A stretch of 64,000 nt of DNA from Planctomycetota bacterium (GTDB taxonomy: Bacteria > Planctomycetota > PLA2 > JAEUHO01): positions 64,001-128,000 of the forward strand of contig CBDCTJ010000003.1 in the NCBI GenBank assembly GCA_965222115.1. Direction: 5' to 3'. Under the pieces are notes generated by a model. It saw only the letters and a list, made by a program, of their open reading frames with translations, had not been told where the DNA came from and searched no databases. Both the position numbers and the translations under genes were made by a program. Of this stretch, positions 9,224 to 19,097 are shown in pieces; the first letter of the stretch is position 1; the number at the start of each line of letters is the position of its first letter.

Positions 9224-12200
9224 TTAGCGAAACGGTTGATTCAAGACGATGACGACACCCGTCGAATCCGTTTTGATGTCTTTGCGAACGCCCTGTAAAC
9301 GCGTAGCCCAGTTGTGGGTAGTCAGCGTGTAAGTGCCGGGTGGCAAACCCTCAAGTTTGAATGCACCGGCGGCGTCCGTCGTCACGGAAGATGACCAATA
9401 CAGCGCCTTTGCAGTTACTCTCGCGCGTGGTAGGGCTGTGCCTCGGAGCGCCACGCGTCCCTCAATGGTCTCCCCCTGCTTGACAACAAGCACAACGTCA
9501 TCCTCGCCTGCCGATATCGGTTCGGAGCGCGCGAATGTGCCCGAATGAGTCGCATGCGCCGTAATGACCCATGTGCCCTTTTTGTCGGGAAGCGTCATTG
9601 TCCACGACCCGTCGGCGCTACTACTTGTTCGGTTTCCATGCGACAAGGCGCCTGTCTTGGTGTCCCAGGCACTGATGACATACTTGACGCCTTCCGGCAA
9701 ATCGCGGATCGTGCCGGACAGGGCGCGTTCGCCAGGAAATACAAACTTGAGATTACTCGCGGGTGCCGGCACGTTCTTGGCAACCGTGATTCGGCGTTTG
9801 CCCAACGAAATTTCGACACGGTACGCGCCTCTCACGAGACCGCTCAAACGGAACACGCCATCGCGATCGGTGTGGCTCGAACGCCCCAAACCACCGGAAA
9901 ACGTGACATACACATCGGGAAGCGGATTTCCTTTCGCGTCGACGACAACACCACTCGCGGACACACCTGTCTGCACGTTGATCACCACGTTCGAGATGCC
10001 CGATTTGATGTTGGTCACAGTTGTTGGCGCGAGTCGAGATCCATCGGAAAACGAAAAAACGTCGGCTTGAAGGGAGACATGCGTGTTTGGTGGTATCCCA
10101 TTTAGTTCAAAGTTGCCATCCTCCCGAAAATACACTCTGGTGGAACCTGCCATTGCCCTGTCCGAAGCGGACCACGTGGCGAGCACACTTCCACCATTGA
10201 GCGTCGTGCCCTTGGGGACTACGACGCGACCTCGAATGAACGATGCGGAACGCAGTCGAAACACAATGTCGTTGGCACCTGGCTTGGCAACTTGCGGAGG
10301 TGGACTGAGAAACGTCTTGGGTGGCGTCACAGCAACCAACGCAGGTTCATCCGCAATGCCTGAGATCTTCCACGTCCCTTTGGGGCCCGTTGTTGCCTTC
10401 TCGCTCCCCACACGTACGGTCGCGCCCATGATGGGATTGTCATGTTCGTCTACGACCGTACCCTCGATGACAACTCCACGCTTTAGGCGAATCTCCAGGG
10501 GCTGGTTGGAGTCATTTACGCGAACCGATGCGATCCGATAAGGAAGTCGCTCGCCGGCTAGGGAGCGCGGATTGGAAACGCGAACGCGATACGGTGGTTC
10601 GCCCATGGCGTAAACGAGGAACGTACCCACGTTCACCGACTTCGTAGGTTTCGCGGAGCGTTGTTTCGATGCGACGGAAATATCGCAATGGGGAATTGGC
10701 TTTCCGTCGGCACCAATAACGGTGACCTGGAGCGAAACTTCTTTACGAGGATCGTACGTCAATCGCAGATCCTGAATCGGAATGTCAAACGACTCACCCA
10801 GTTGAATGCTTCGGTTTCCTAGCCTCACAGAAATGTTCCCTCTCCCCGGCTTCAGATTCCGAATCGTGAATTCGCCAATGTCATTGGTACGTCCACTTAT
10901 CCCATATGTTCTAGAGCCCGAGCCCACACGGTAGGAGCAATACAGAGGAAGTCTCGGGACCGGTGTCCCGTTGGCGCTGTATACAACGCCCGTCACTTCT
11001 ACGGTCGTACCCAACCGAATAATGACGCCCTCTCTGACTTGTCCTACTGTGAGATTGGACACGGGTACCGTGACTGATTCACCGTCATGGTTCACCGAAA
11101 GGTCAATACGCGTGGCGGGCATACTGTGCACTTCGAAGCGCCCCAATGCGTCCGCCGTGAATTTGTAGGGGCCGCCACGAAGCGTCGAGTTCCCTACCGC
11201 AAACACGTTTGCGGTCGGTATAGGCTCGCCATTCGCACCTAATACCGTGCCACGAATAACGCACTGCTTGGTAAGCGAAAGTTCAACGTCTGTTTTCGCG
11301 CCCCCCTGAAGTGAAACGGGATCACTGAAGACGCCAGCAAAGCCGATCTTGCGGGCGTAAAATATCCAATCCGAACGGGGCGCGAGTCCCGAGATCGTGA
11401 ACGTGCCGTCGCTTGCTGACGTACCGATTGAGTGCTCATGGCCACGATGAATGTGCCACAAGTTGCCCATGACGTTTCCATGTGCATCCTTGGCATGAAC
11501 GCTCGCGCCTGCCACAGGATCGCCGTTGGGTCCCAAGACCGTGCCCGAAACCGAGACGCCGTGTGTCAACGTCAAGTCGCGCTCGACGAACGACTCGGTG
11601 CTCGTCAACTCCAGCGTCAAGTGTTCGGGCGGCTTGGGTCTGCCGCCTGAAAAGCCCCGCGAACGTGCCGCCTCAACTTCCGGAACAAAATAGTCTCTGT
11701 GAGATGCCAAGAGTAAGAACCTGCCGGGGCCTACGCGGTCGATGGTATAGCGTCCCTCTACGTCGGTGGTGGTCGTCACTTCTTGTGGTGGATGATGTGC
11801 TAGATATAGAAGCGTCACAACCGCGCCCTCGATTGGCGCGCCTCCGTCCGTGTCGGTCACCTTGCCTCTCACTGTGGCGCCACGCGAGAGCGCCAAGTCG
11901 AGATTGGCCTTGCCATTAGCGGTTACGGATACGGCTTCAAATCCGTCACGGCCCTTTGAAAATGTACGTCCCAAGTATCCCTTCGCGGCGGCAGTGGCAT
12001 ATGTGACGTCGCCCAGTGGTACGTCTCGCAACGAAAATCGCCCGTCAGCGTCGGTCGTTGCAATCAGACTGCAGGACGTCGCTTCAGATTCGCCGCTGGC
12101 GAGCTTTAGGCGACACGTCACGTCGGCTTGCGATATGCCCTCGCCATCAAACGTGTGAACGAACCCGGAGAGTCGGCCCGTATGTGCGGGAACGGTTAGC

Positions 12201-12988
12201 ACTAGAGGCTCGGCAAATGGATAAGGCGCTTTGAAGCCGGAAAAGCGCAATCCGGATGAAAGCGTAACGGTGAACGTCACGTCCTGCTTTGGCACGGCGG
12301 CAAAGTGGAAGGATCCGTTTGACGCCTCATTCGCCGTTTCGCCGCGCCACTTTGTACCCTTCGTGTATCCATACACACTGGCACTCATGGCATTTCCGTC
12401 TTGATCAACTACGCGGCCGTCGAGTGTAACGCCATCAAAGACTACAATTTTCACCGTTGCGGACGTGCGAATCTTCGGCATGAGATACGCTCGCGCCGAG
12501 CCGCCGGCCCGCGGTGCTTCGGTGCGTGCATAGACGGTGTGATAGACGGCCTCGTTCACGCGAAACTCGAAGGACCCATCCGCATCGGACTCCGTTTTGC
12601 CCACGGGCGTCTCATTGAGATACGCGCCACGCGAAAACGCCACCTTTTGAGCGGCTATAGCGTTCGGCGCAGATCGCTGCATATGCCGATAACCCTGCCC
12701 GGGCCAGTTGTCGTTTCGAACCACCGCCAGCGTTACGCCCGGCAACAAGGTCCCTTTTTCATCGACCACGGTGCCTCTGATGACGTACTCGCCCGTGGTG
12801 CTTCCTGTGGAAGGCGTGGCGCGCATCGTTCCCGTGAGTTCTGGATTCTTCTCAACCTGACTCGCGCTTTCACCCTCGAGCGCGTCATCGATCTCCGACT
12901 CTGTCGTGCCATCCTCTTGTAGGAGCCAATACGCAAGCCCCCCACCCAAGAGTGCGATTAAGACGATCGCGACGGGGGCAAAACGCAT
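9224..12988 (-). CDS. Membrane-anchored protein with repeated carboxypeptidase-regulatory-like beta-sandwich domains
   Basis: N-terminal hydrophobic anchor, many G-x-V-x-D...P...TDxxGxF repeats; ATG 12988 after GGAG. Confidence 0.75.
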   Translation of the reverse strand: MRFAPVAIVLIALLGGGLAYWLLQEDGTTESEIDDALEGESASQVEKNPELTGTMRATPSTGSTTGEYVIRGTVVDEKGTLLPGVTLAVVRNDNWPGQGYRHMQRSAPNAIAAQKVAFSRGAYLNETPVGKTESDADGSFEFRVNEAVYHTVYARTEAPRAGGSARAYLMPKIRTSATVKIVVFDGVTLDGRVVDQDGNAMSASVYGYTKGTKWRGETANEASNGSFHFAAVPKQDVTFTVTLSSGLRFSGFKAPYPFAEPLVLTVPAHTGRLSGFVHTFDGEGISQADVTCRLKLASGESEATSCSLIATTDADGRFSLRDVPLGDVTYATAAAKGYLGRTFSKGRDGFEAVSVTANGKANLDLALSRGATVRGKVTDTDGGAPIEGAVVTLLYLAHHPPQEVTTTTDVEGRYTIDRVGPGRFLLLASHRDYFVPEVEAARSRGFSGGRPKPPEHLTLELTSTESFVERDLTLTHGVSVSGTVLGPNGDPVAGASVHAKDAHGNVMGNLWHIHRGHEHSIGTSASDGTFTISGLAPRSDWIFYARKIGFAGVFSDPVSLQGGAKTDVELSLTKQCVIRGTVLGANGEPIPTANVFAVGNSTLRGGPYKFTADALGRFEVHSMPATRIDLSVNHDGESVTVPVSNLTVGQVREGVIIRLGTTVEVTGVVYSANGTPVPRLPLYCSYRVGSGSRTYGISGRTNDIGEFTIRNLKPGRGNISVRLGNRSIQLGESFDIPIQDLRLTYDPRKEVSLQVTVIGADGKPIPHCDISVASKQRSAKPTKSVNVGTFLVYAMGEPPYRVRVSNPRSLAGERLPYRIASVRVNDSNQPLEIRLKRGVVIEGTVVDEHDNPIMGATVRVGSEKATTGPKGTWKISGIADEPALVAVTPPKTFLSPPPQVAKPGANDIVFRLRSASFIRGRVVVPKGTTLNGGSVLATWSASDRAMAGSTRVYFREDGNFELNGIPPNTHVSLQADVFSFSDGSRLAPTTVTNIKSGISNVVINVQTGVSASGVVVDAKGNPLPDVYVTFSGGLGRSSHTDRDGVFRLSGLVRGAYRVEISLGKRRITVAKNVPAPASNLKFVFPGERALSGTIRDLPEGVKYVISAWDTKTGALSHGNRTSSSADGSWTMTLPDKKGTWVITAHATHSGTFARSEPISAGEDDVVLVVKQGETIEGRVALRGTALPRARVTAKALYWSSSVTTDAAGAFKLEGLPPGTYTLTTHNWATRLQGVRKDIKTDSTGVVIVLNQPFR

Positions 12989-13103
12989 GGATGCGCTCCC
13001 TTCTCCTTCGCGCATCGGCGGCTCGCCATCACCTCATGGAGCACAGGCCGCGCGCTAGTGAACGCATCTTAGACGATGGACGTCACAAGCGCTTTCTCGG
13101 TCC

Positions 13104-13142
13104 AAAATGAGAAAGAGGGACGACCAGCGCCGTCCCCCCTTG
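13104..13142 (-). terminator. Probable intrinsic terminator of the PDZ gene
   Basis: GGGACG/CGTCCC stem followed on the minus strand by TCTTTCTCATTTT. Confidence 0.55.
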
Positions 13143-13169
13143 GGATTCAACCTGTACTCGCGATGTGAA

Positions 13170-14723
13170 CTAACGCGAAACCGTCATCCGATTGCCGCCG
13201 CGAATGATCTCAAGCGTGAGCGATTTCCCGGGCGCCAGGTGAGGCGCAACGAGGCCGCCCAGATGCGCGTGGCTTTCCACGGACTTGCCGTTCACCGACA
13301 CAATGATGTCGTGTTTGGCAAGGCCCATGTCTGCGGCGGGCGTGCCGGGCAAGACGTGGACCACAATCGCACCCGCACCTTGGCGCAATCCAAGCTGCGA
13401 AGCCAATGCGGGAAGCGGACGAGTCACCTGAGCACCAAGACGCGCGCGGCGCGGGTGGGCGCCGGTGGTGGGGCCGCGCTGACGCGCCGAGCGATTGCGC
13501 CACTCCCTGAGCCACTGGCTACCGGCGCTGGGGCCAAACATCTGCGGCGGGCGAATCTCGAAGGTGGTTCCACCAAGGCGAGAAGCGATCTCGGGGTGTT
13601 CCTTCTTGATGTCCTCGATCGAGTTGCCGGTGTATTCCTTCACCTTCTCATTGCCATCCTTATCGCGTTCGCGAATGCGGACGGTCGCGCCATTCGCGTC
13701 TTCTTTGATTTCAACGCCGCCACTTTGAATCTGAATCGAGACGCTGCCCGGCTGACCGCGATGGATGCGAACTCGGGGCATGCCGGAAAAACCCGGCCAT
13801 GCGCCGCGCTGGCGTGCCGCAATGCGTTGCTTCAACGCATTCATCTGCGGATGATTCGCAAGTTCCTGATGACGCAGCAAGATGTCGCTGAGACTCGATC
13901 CCGTGTACGTCTCTGCAGGTGTGGTTGGCTGATCGACATTGCGAACCTGCAGCTCGTACTTGCTGGGCGCGATCTTACGTAGCGTCAATCCGCGTACGCT
14001 TACGACACGCGGTGCGGACGTGCCAAACGAACCAAAGATGGAGTTGGGATCGATGCCTTGACCATCGAGCATCGAGTTCAAACGCTCCATGGTTTCGTCC
14101 ATGGAACGGCGCATGATTTCGGGCCAACGCTTCTGCATGTCTTCAATGGCACGATCGAGATCTTCGAGGCCCAAGTCGCCACCATTCGCGCCGCCGGAGA
14201 AGCGTTCGAGTTGACGCTTAAGCTCTTCCATGCGCTTGCGGAACGAGTCGTCCATATTGGGTTGACCGAGAGGATTGTTACGCTTGCGCTTGAACGGCGA
14301 CGCGTTCTCGGACTCGTCTTCCGTCTCACTGGTTCGCGGCGCCGGGTTAGGACGCTTGGGTTGAACGGGAATGACTTTGCGTTCAGGCGACGTGTTCGTC
14401 GTAGGCCCTTTCTTACTTGCGCGCAACAACTGCTCCGCACGCCAACGCACCTCGAGACTAGAGCTGTCCTTGGCGGCCTTCTTTAGAAGCGGTTCGGCAC
14501 GGGTACCGAGAGCGGCCAACTGTTCGCTGGCCTGCTCGCGTGTGCGGAAGTCGTCTGCGCCGAGGTCGTCGATCCATTTCTGAATCTGGGAATCGGTTGC
14601 GCTTTCGGGTCCGGCGACTGCGGTGCCGTGCACGCTCAGGGCGCCGATCGCAAGCAGTGTCGCAAGGGCACAGCCGAGCCACACCCGGGAAGATGCTGAG
14701 GAATGACGATTTCGTATGCGCAT
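13170..14723 (-). CDS. Exported protein with N-terminal HEAT-like helix pair and C-terminal PDZ domain
   Basis: Signal peptide, WIDDLGADDFRTREQAS motif, LGAQV...PGTPAADMGLAKHDIIVSVNG PDZ signature. Confidence 0.75.
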   Translation of the reverse strand: MRIRNRHSSASSRVWLGCALATLLAIGALSVHGTAVAGPESATDSQIQKWIDDLGADDFRTREQASEQLAALGTRAEPLLKKAAKDSSSLEVRWRAEQLLRASKKGPTTNTSPERKVIPVQPKRPNPAPRTSETEDESENASPFKRKRNNPLGQPNMDDSFRKRMEELKRQLERFSGGANGGDLGLEDLDRAIEDMQKRWPEIMRRSMDETMERLNSMLDGQGIDPNSIFGSFGTSAPRVVSVRGLTLRKIAPSKYELQVRNVDQPTTPAETYTGSSLSDILLRHQELANHPQMNALKQRIAARQRGAWPGFSGMPRVRIHRGQPGSVSIQIQSGGVEIKEDANGATVRIRERDKDGNEKVKEYTGNSIEDIKKEHPEIASRLGGTTFEIRPPQMFGPSAGSQWLREWRNRSARQRGPTTGAHPRRARLGAQVTRPLPALASQLGLRQGAGAIVVHVLPGTPAADMGLAKHDIIVSVNGKSVESHAHLGGLVAPHLAPGKSLTLEIIRGGNRMTVSR

Positions 14724-15281
14724 AAGAATCTCCGCGAGACAACTCGTGTTGCCGGCCCAATCGGCCTGGATCAAGTCTAGGGGACGCCTAAGCGCCTCCG
14801 ACTTCCCTTACGCAGGATGGGGCCCAGGCGTTTGCAAATTTCGTCCATGGGCAGACATCGCCAGGGCATCCGTGGACCACGAATCGAGCGGGGCCAGCGG
14901 GAGGGTCTCAGGGAGTCCCTGAGCCTGGACATCTTTGATTGCCCGCGAGGAATCGAGGATAGTTCGTGAGCGAGAATGAACGCGTCACGGGCTCCCGAGC
15001 GGGACGCGACTTCGCTCCATGGACGAGTTCTCGGGCGCTTTCGAAAAGTGTTACATCGTTCCTGGCACCGTATCTCCCCGTATCTCCGTGTCTCCGATCT
15101 CGTGGACGCGGTGCGAACCACGCGCGTACTCGATGCGCGTCAGCTACGCGGGCGCGGCCAGCCGCATCGCAAGTGGCTACTCGGCGTGTTGATCGACCAC
15201 ATCGAACTTCAGTGCTGCTACATCAGTTGAACACCTCGGAGCGTGAGATACGATTCAGTCGTGGCGATTCGGAGGACAAGC

Positions 15282-16418
15282 ATGATCGACGCTGCGATTA
15301 GGTGGAACAGTGCGACCGCGTACTTCTTCTCTGGCGACAGATACGTCCGCTGGAACATCGCCGCGGACCGACCGGACGCACGAAATCCCCGGCCCTTGTC
15401 AACATGGCGCGGTTTGTGGACAGATCGCGTAGATGCTGCCGTGAACTGGGGCAACGGAAAGATCTACTTCTTCCGGGGTGACGAGTACTCTCGATTCGAC
15501 ATCTCCCGAGACCGGGTGGACGAGGGATATCCCAAGCCCTTGCGTTGGCGAGGCCTTTGGACAGACAGGATCGATGCCGCGGTCAACTGGGGGAACGGGA
15601 AGGTCTACTTCTTCCGGGATGACGAGTACGTTCGTTACGACATCGCAACAGACAAGGCAGATCCTGGCTATCCTGCGCGACTAGCCAATTGGAACGGCCT
15701 CTGGGGAGACCGGGTGGACGCCGTACTCAACTACGGCAACGGCAAGGTTTACTTCTTTCGAGACAATAAGTACTGCCGCTTTGACATCGAGTCCGATCGA
15801 GTGGAGACCGCTACGAACTACACGTTTCGCGGCTGGGGAATTCACTTTCATGCTACGCAGAGGGTTGACATTCGTGGGCAGTTGCTTGGTGGCGGCGTGG
15901 TTGTAAACAGGTCGCCGTTCCCTGTGGCAGTCAAGATCGAAGACGACCCGAAGAACAAGGATCAGTCGACGATACGGTGGCTGCCTACGGGACGTCACGA
16001 ACTGGCGATCGATGGGATCGCGCCAAACAACCAAGACCGTGGGCGCGTCATCAAGGTGAGAGACGGTGGCGACTGTTTCGTCGATCCGGATGGCGCGGTG
16101 ACCTGCTACCACCTCCTCGACATCATCGGAGAGGGCGTGTTCGTAGATGATCCAGCAGTGATTGGACGGGCAGACTGGGCCGAACTCGTCGCCGTCGCGG
16201 ACCGCATCACTGCGGATCAGAAGGCAGAACAAGCCGAGACTCGAAGGCGATTAAAGGAAGCGGCTGATGAGGCGGCGCGCGACGAAATCTTGGCAGAGAT
16301 CGACCGTCGTGAGCGCGAAGCGCGAGAGTTTCAAGAGAGGCTTGAGAGGTACGACAGGGGAGAACGTGATCCCGGTGAAGCACCTCGGCGGATGGACGAA
16401 ATGCGCGACCCGTTCTAG
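15282..16418 (+). CDS. Hemopexin-repeat protein (4 blades) with unknown middle domain and charged coiled-coil tail
   Basis: Four (I/V)DA(A/V)xxx...YFFxxxxYxR(W/F/Y) repeats; ATG 15282 preceded by GGAGG. Confidence 0.85.
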   Translation: MIDAAIRWNSATAYFFSGDRYVRWNIAADRPDARNPRPLSTWRGLWTDRVDAAVNWGNGKIYFFRGDEYSRFDISRDRVDEGYPKPLRWRGLWTDRIDAAVNWGNGKVYFFRDDEYVRYDIATDKADPGYPARLANWNGLWGDRVDAVLNYGNGKVYFFRDNKYCRFDIESDRVETATNYTFRGWGIHFHATQRVDIRGQLLGGGVVVNRSPFPVAVKIEDDPKNKDQSTIRWLPTGRHELAIDGIAPNNQDRGRVIKVRDGGDCFVDPDGAVTCYHLLDIIGEGVFVDDPAVIGRADWAELVAVADRITADQKAEQAETRRRLKEAADEAARDEILAEIDRREREAREFQERLERYDRGERDPGEAPRRMDEMRDPF

Positions 16419-16719
16419 TCCGGCTCAGCGTCCGCATTGCATCAAAGTGGCGCATCGCGCGACAGTCTGCAGATGCAACGACGGAGATCACCTCCGCCCT
16501 AATGATGTGAGCCGATTCGATGAATGGTCAAACTGCTAGAGATACCAGATACAGTTCCGCGTTTTTCCCCCCCAACTTCATGACCTATGTCCCGTACCAA
16601 GATGCGTGGAACGAACAGCCGATAATGTTCGCACCGTACGATTTCGGTTCTACATGGGGCACCGGGAGTGCGTGTACGTCTCCGCCGCCCTGTCAGGGCG
16701 GATCTCTTGTGGGTGAACG

Positions 16720-16802
16720 CTGACCCAGGGTTTCGCGCCGCTTCGCTTGTACAGGGTTCGCTTCGCTCACCCTTAGCTATCAGCTTTGGCTCCTTCGGAG
16801 CC
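16720..16802. repeat. REP-like palindromic element
   Basis: Duplicated CAGGGTT(T)CGC...CTTCGCT unit, AGGGT/ACCCT arms, terminal GGCTCCTTCGGAGCC hairpin. Confidence 0.5.
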
Positions 16803-16877
16803 GTGTCCCTTTTACCGCGCCCAATGAGCACAACGTCGTCTATCAGGCCGTGCTTGGTGCCCTTCGTGTCCTTGGTG

Positions 16878-18801
16878 GTGCGTCAGGATAAGCCGATGGA
16901 GATCAGAGAATGAAAGAGTCTTACGGCGAAGAGCTAGCCACTCACGCCGGCCTCGTGTCTTGCGTGGGCGCTCGTAAGGGCGCGCTGCGAAGCGTAGACA
17001 GAGGGGAGGTAGGCCCGGTATTGAGCCGCGAAACCACGATGAAATTCCAGGAGGCCGACACGATCACCAACGTGAGAAGGCAACACGGCTGGGTGCGTCC
17101 TTGGCGAGCGTCCAGTTGCTCCTGCGCGGTCTTAGACCCGGTGCATGCCCCAATAGATTTCCATACGGAACCTGAGAGAGCCTACGTTTGGCCCGCCTTT
17201 GGCAACGGGTCCGCGTCGGGAACCTCAATGAGGTCACGCCGACGATGAACGAACGCAGGCAGTCGGACAAACCCGTAGTACCGAAGAAGCGACCGAACAA
17301 GGGTCGGGATGCGTCCCGGTCTGCGGAGGACGTGAAGGGAAGGGGTTTGGCCAAGGGGAACTCGATCCGACGAAGCAGAACCCGTGCGCAGATACGGAAT
17401 GTTCTGAACCAGAAGATGGATCGGGTACGGCAAGTTGCTGTGGAACGAAAAGATGAGAAGTTCACCACGCTCTGGCACCACGTGTACTCCGTGGACCGAC
17501 TTCGAGAGGCGTACTTCAGCCTCAAGCGCAAAGGCGCAGCCGGCGTTGATGGGGTTACGTGGGAGGCCTACGGCAAGAACCTTGAGAATAATCTCGTGGA
17601 CTTGTCCGATCGCCTCAAGCGCGGCGCGTACCGAGCGCCTCCGGTGCGACGTGTGTACATCCCGAAGGCCGATGGACGGCAGCGTCCACTCGGTGTGCCT
17701 GCGATTGAGGACCGCGTGGTCCAACGCGCAGCTTCGGAGGTGATTGGCACGGTGTACGAGGAGGAATTTCTCGGGTTCAGCTACGGCTTCCGCCCCGGGC
17801 GCAGCCAGCACAACGCGCTGGACGCCCTATGCGTGGGAATCGAGCGCAAGAAGGTGAACTGGGTGCTTGATGCAGACATTCGTGGGTTTTTCGATGCCAT
17901 CGACCATGAGTGGCTAATGAAGTTCATCTCGCACCGGATTGCGGACAAACGTGTGCATCGCTTTATCAAGAAGTGGTTGCACGCGGGCGTTATGGAAGAT
18001 GGCGTGCGCAGGCCGACGAAGGCAGGCACCCCGCAAGGGGGCGGCATTAGTCCGCTGCTTGCCAACGTGTACCTGCACTACGCCTTTGATCTGTGGGCCC
18101 ACCAGTGGCGGCGGCGCCATGCGCGCGGTGACATCATCATCGTGCGCTACGCTGACGACTTTGTGGTGGGATTCAAGTACAAGAACGAGGCTGAGCGATT
18201 CCTACGGGAACTTCGCGAACGCCTCAACACGTTCAAGCTGGAACTGCATCCCGACAAGACGCGTCTGATTGAGTTTGGCCGCTTTGCAGCGGTAAACCGA
18301 GCGGAACGCGGTGAAGGGAAGCCGCCCACATTCAAGTTTCTGGGCTTTACGCACATATGCGCAACTACCCGGAAAGGCCGTTTCAAGGTTGTACGCAGAA
18401 CGCGTGCGGATCGACTGGTAGCCACGCTACGAGCCATCCGTGATGCGCTCCGAAAACGACTCCACTGGAAACCCGTACGTGTGGCTAAATGGCTCGCGTC
18501 TGTTATGCGGGGCTGGCTGAACTATCATGCCATCCCCGATAACGGCACAGCGCTCCAGCTCTTTCGGAGGCGGCTCCTGCGCATCTGGCGCAACCACCTA
18601 CGGCGGCGTAGCCAACGCTCACGGTGTTCCTGGTGTCGCATGTATGCCTTGGAAAAACGCTACTTCCCAAGCCTTCGCATCCGTCACAAACGTCCCTACA
18701 TGAACTTGCGCGTCATTACCTAAGGCAGGAGCCCGGTGCGGGAAATCCGCACGCCGGGATCTGTGCGGGGGGCTCCGGGAAACCGGAGTCCCTACCGCGA
18801 C
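16878..18801 (+). mobile_element. Complete group II intron (probably bacterial class E, no endonuclease domain)
   Basis: 5' GTGCG at 16878; domain V GAGCCCGGTGCGGGAAATCCGCACGCCGGGATC; domain VI ending CCTACCGCGAC; EBS1 CACCAA (17065-17070) in a CACG/CGTG hairpin complementary to the exon end TTGGTG. Confidence 0.92.
17245..18723 (+). CDS. ltrA: Group II intron reverse transcriptase/maturase
   Basis: GAAGVDG, IPKADGRQRPLG, SYGFRPGRS, DADIRGFFD, GTPQGG, RYADD, FLGFTH, domain X; no HNH tail. Confidence 0.95.
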   Translation: MNERRQSDKPVVPKKRPNKGRDASRSAEDVKGRGLAKGNSIRRSRTRAQIRNVLNQKMDRVRQVAVERKDEKFTTLWHHVYSVDRLREAYFSLKRKGAAGVDGVTWEAYGKNLENNLVDLSDRLKRGAYRAPPVRRVYIPKADGRQRPLGVPAIEDRVVQRAASEVIGTVYEEEFLGFSYGFRPGRSQHNALDALCVGIERKKVNWVLDADIRGFFDAIDHEWLMKFISHRIADKRVHRFIKKWLHAGVMEDGVRRPTKAGTPQGGGISPLLANVYLHYAFDLWAHQWRRRHARGDIIIVRYADDFVVGFKYKNEAERFLRELRERLNTFKLELHPDKTRLIEFGRFAAVNRAERGEGKPPTFKFLGFTHICATTRKGRFKVVRRTRADRLVATLRAIRDALRKRLHWKPVRVAKWLASVMRGWLNYHAIPDNGTALQLFRRRLLRIWRNHLRRRSQRSRCSWCRMYALEKRYFPSLRIRHKRPYMNLRVIT

Positions 18802-19097
18802 AGAGTCTCTTCTTCAAGTAGCGTCCCGCCACCAGAGTTGCACGTCCCCGCCAAGAGGCGCCCCCCCAACGCTTGCGCTTCGTTGCTTAGTTTCTTCGTG
18901 TGCTCATTCTTGAAACGATCTGCTTGCGACCCATTCCCCATCCAAACAAATCGCGTTCATCAACGCTTGCGCCTCTGCGAGCTCTGCGCCTCTGCGCGCG
19001 GAAAAACGACTCTACGAAAATCTCCCCGCCCCCCGGCTGTGTTTGATGTCCTTGGTGAGCCCCCTTTTTCCAAGCGGCGCTACTTGACCACGGTCTT

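Noticed and set aside
14976-15230. RKWLLGVLIDHIEL as a serine-recombinase C-terminal remnant
   Set aside because: Resemblance is too short to support without a search
17245-18723. RT as a retron, DGR or CRISPR-associated RT
   Set aside because: Full group II intron boundaries, domains V/VI and EBS1-IBS1 pairing are present; no TR/VR pair, msr-msd or cas genes seen
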